DNA of 6,756 nt from Octopus sinensis. Taxonomy: Eukaryota. The notes under the pieces were generated by a model that searched no databases, was not told the DNA's origin, and saw nothing but the letters and a program-made list of their open reading frames with translations. The stretch is taken from contig NW_021829238.1 in the NCBI RefSeq assembly GCF_006345805.1, positions 1 through 6,756 on the forward strand, given 5' to 3'. This document shows positions 6,089 through 6,756 of this stretch, piece after piece. The translations under genes and the position numbers were made by a program. Position 1 is the first letter of the stretch, and every line of letters begins with the position of its first letter.

Positions 6089-6756
6089 ATAAATAGGAAG
6101 GTAGACAAATCACAAACGCCTTCAGGTAGATGGCCCTGCTCGATCTGTAGAAAAGGCGTAGGTAGAAAATCTATAAGATGCACCAAGTGTAAGATATGGA
6201 CACATAAGAGGTGCAGCGATGTCAAAGGAAGGCTAACTAGGAAGATAGTTTTTGTATGTGGCAGATGCTCAGGAACAATAAACACTGAAAATGCGCAGAG
6301 ACCATCTTCCGCCACATTCCAGGGAGAAAAACTAGAAATAGTTGATAGCTTCCGTTACCTAGGTTACCAAGTCAGTAGCGGGGGTGGGTGTGCTGAAAGT
6401 GTAGCTGCTAGAATAAGAATAGCCTGGGCAAAGTTCAGAGAGCTCTTACCTCTGCTGGCGATAAAGGGCCTCTCGTTCAGAGTAAAAGGCAGACTGTATG
6501 ATGCATGTGTACAAACAGCCATGCTACATGGGCCATGATTGCTGAGGACATGCGTAAGCTCGCAAGAAATGAAGCCTGTATGCTCCGATGGATGTGTAAT
6601 GTTAGTGTTCATACCCGACAGAGTGTAAGTACCTTGAGAGAAAAGTTGGACCTAAGAAGCATCAGTTGTGGTGTGCAAGAGAGGCATTTGCACTGGTATG
6701 GTCATGTGGTGAGAATGGATGAAGATAGTTGTGTGAAAAGTGCCACACCCTGGCGG
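6089..6756 (+). mobile_element. 5'-truncated RTE copy (PHD finger + RT thumb/C-terminal region), same family as 1993-6029, opposite orientation; runs off the window end
   Basis: Matches the reverse complement of ~2631-3312 with ~50 substitutions (~92-93% identity), a 13-bp deletion at 6526-6531 (stop at 6536-6538) and a 1-bp deletion at 6736-6739. It translates as RKVDKSQTPSGRWPCSICRKGVGRKSIRCTKCKIWTHKRCSDVKGRLTRKIVFVCGRC...FRYLG...AWAKFRELLPLL. Confidence 0.93.

Noticed and set aside
3086-6315. Near-identical ORFs MAEDGLCAFSVF... at 3086..3289 (+) and 5974..6315 (-)
   Set aside because: They are antisense shadows of the PHD-coding segment in the two RTE copies; their similarity just reflects the repeat.

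Overview
Eukaryotic, gene-free, repeat-dense window. It is most likely a coleoid cephalopod such as Octopus; this is inferred from the dense (TA)n/(TAGA)n/(CA)n microsatellites and the LINE sequences, not shown directly. It consists almost entirely of non-LTR retrotransposons separated by microsatellites. (1) Two ~94%-identical minus-strand fragments of a CR1-group LINE RT C-terminus (1-442, ~1287-1801) share an endpoint and a frameshift, so they look like a local duplication. (2) A plus-strand fragment of an RTE 3' UTR lies at ~932-1287. (3) An apparently full-length, recently inactivated minus-strand RTE-clade LINE (~1993-6029) has a single APE-RT ORF (5583-2480) broken by 3 stops and a 1-bp frameshift, a (GAT)n tail and a candidate low-complexity TSD. 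(4) A 5'-truncated, oppositely oriented copy of the same RTE runs from ~6089 to the window end. The most notable features are an exact C4HC3 PHD-type zinc finger inside the RTE ORF just after the RT core (all ligands intact in both copies), and a 3' UTR made of ~63-66-nt repeats carrying a covarying stem with possible H-type pseudoknot geometry. No host gene, RNA gene or CRISPR array is supported. All identities and counts are manual.
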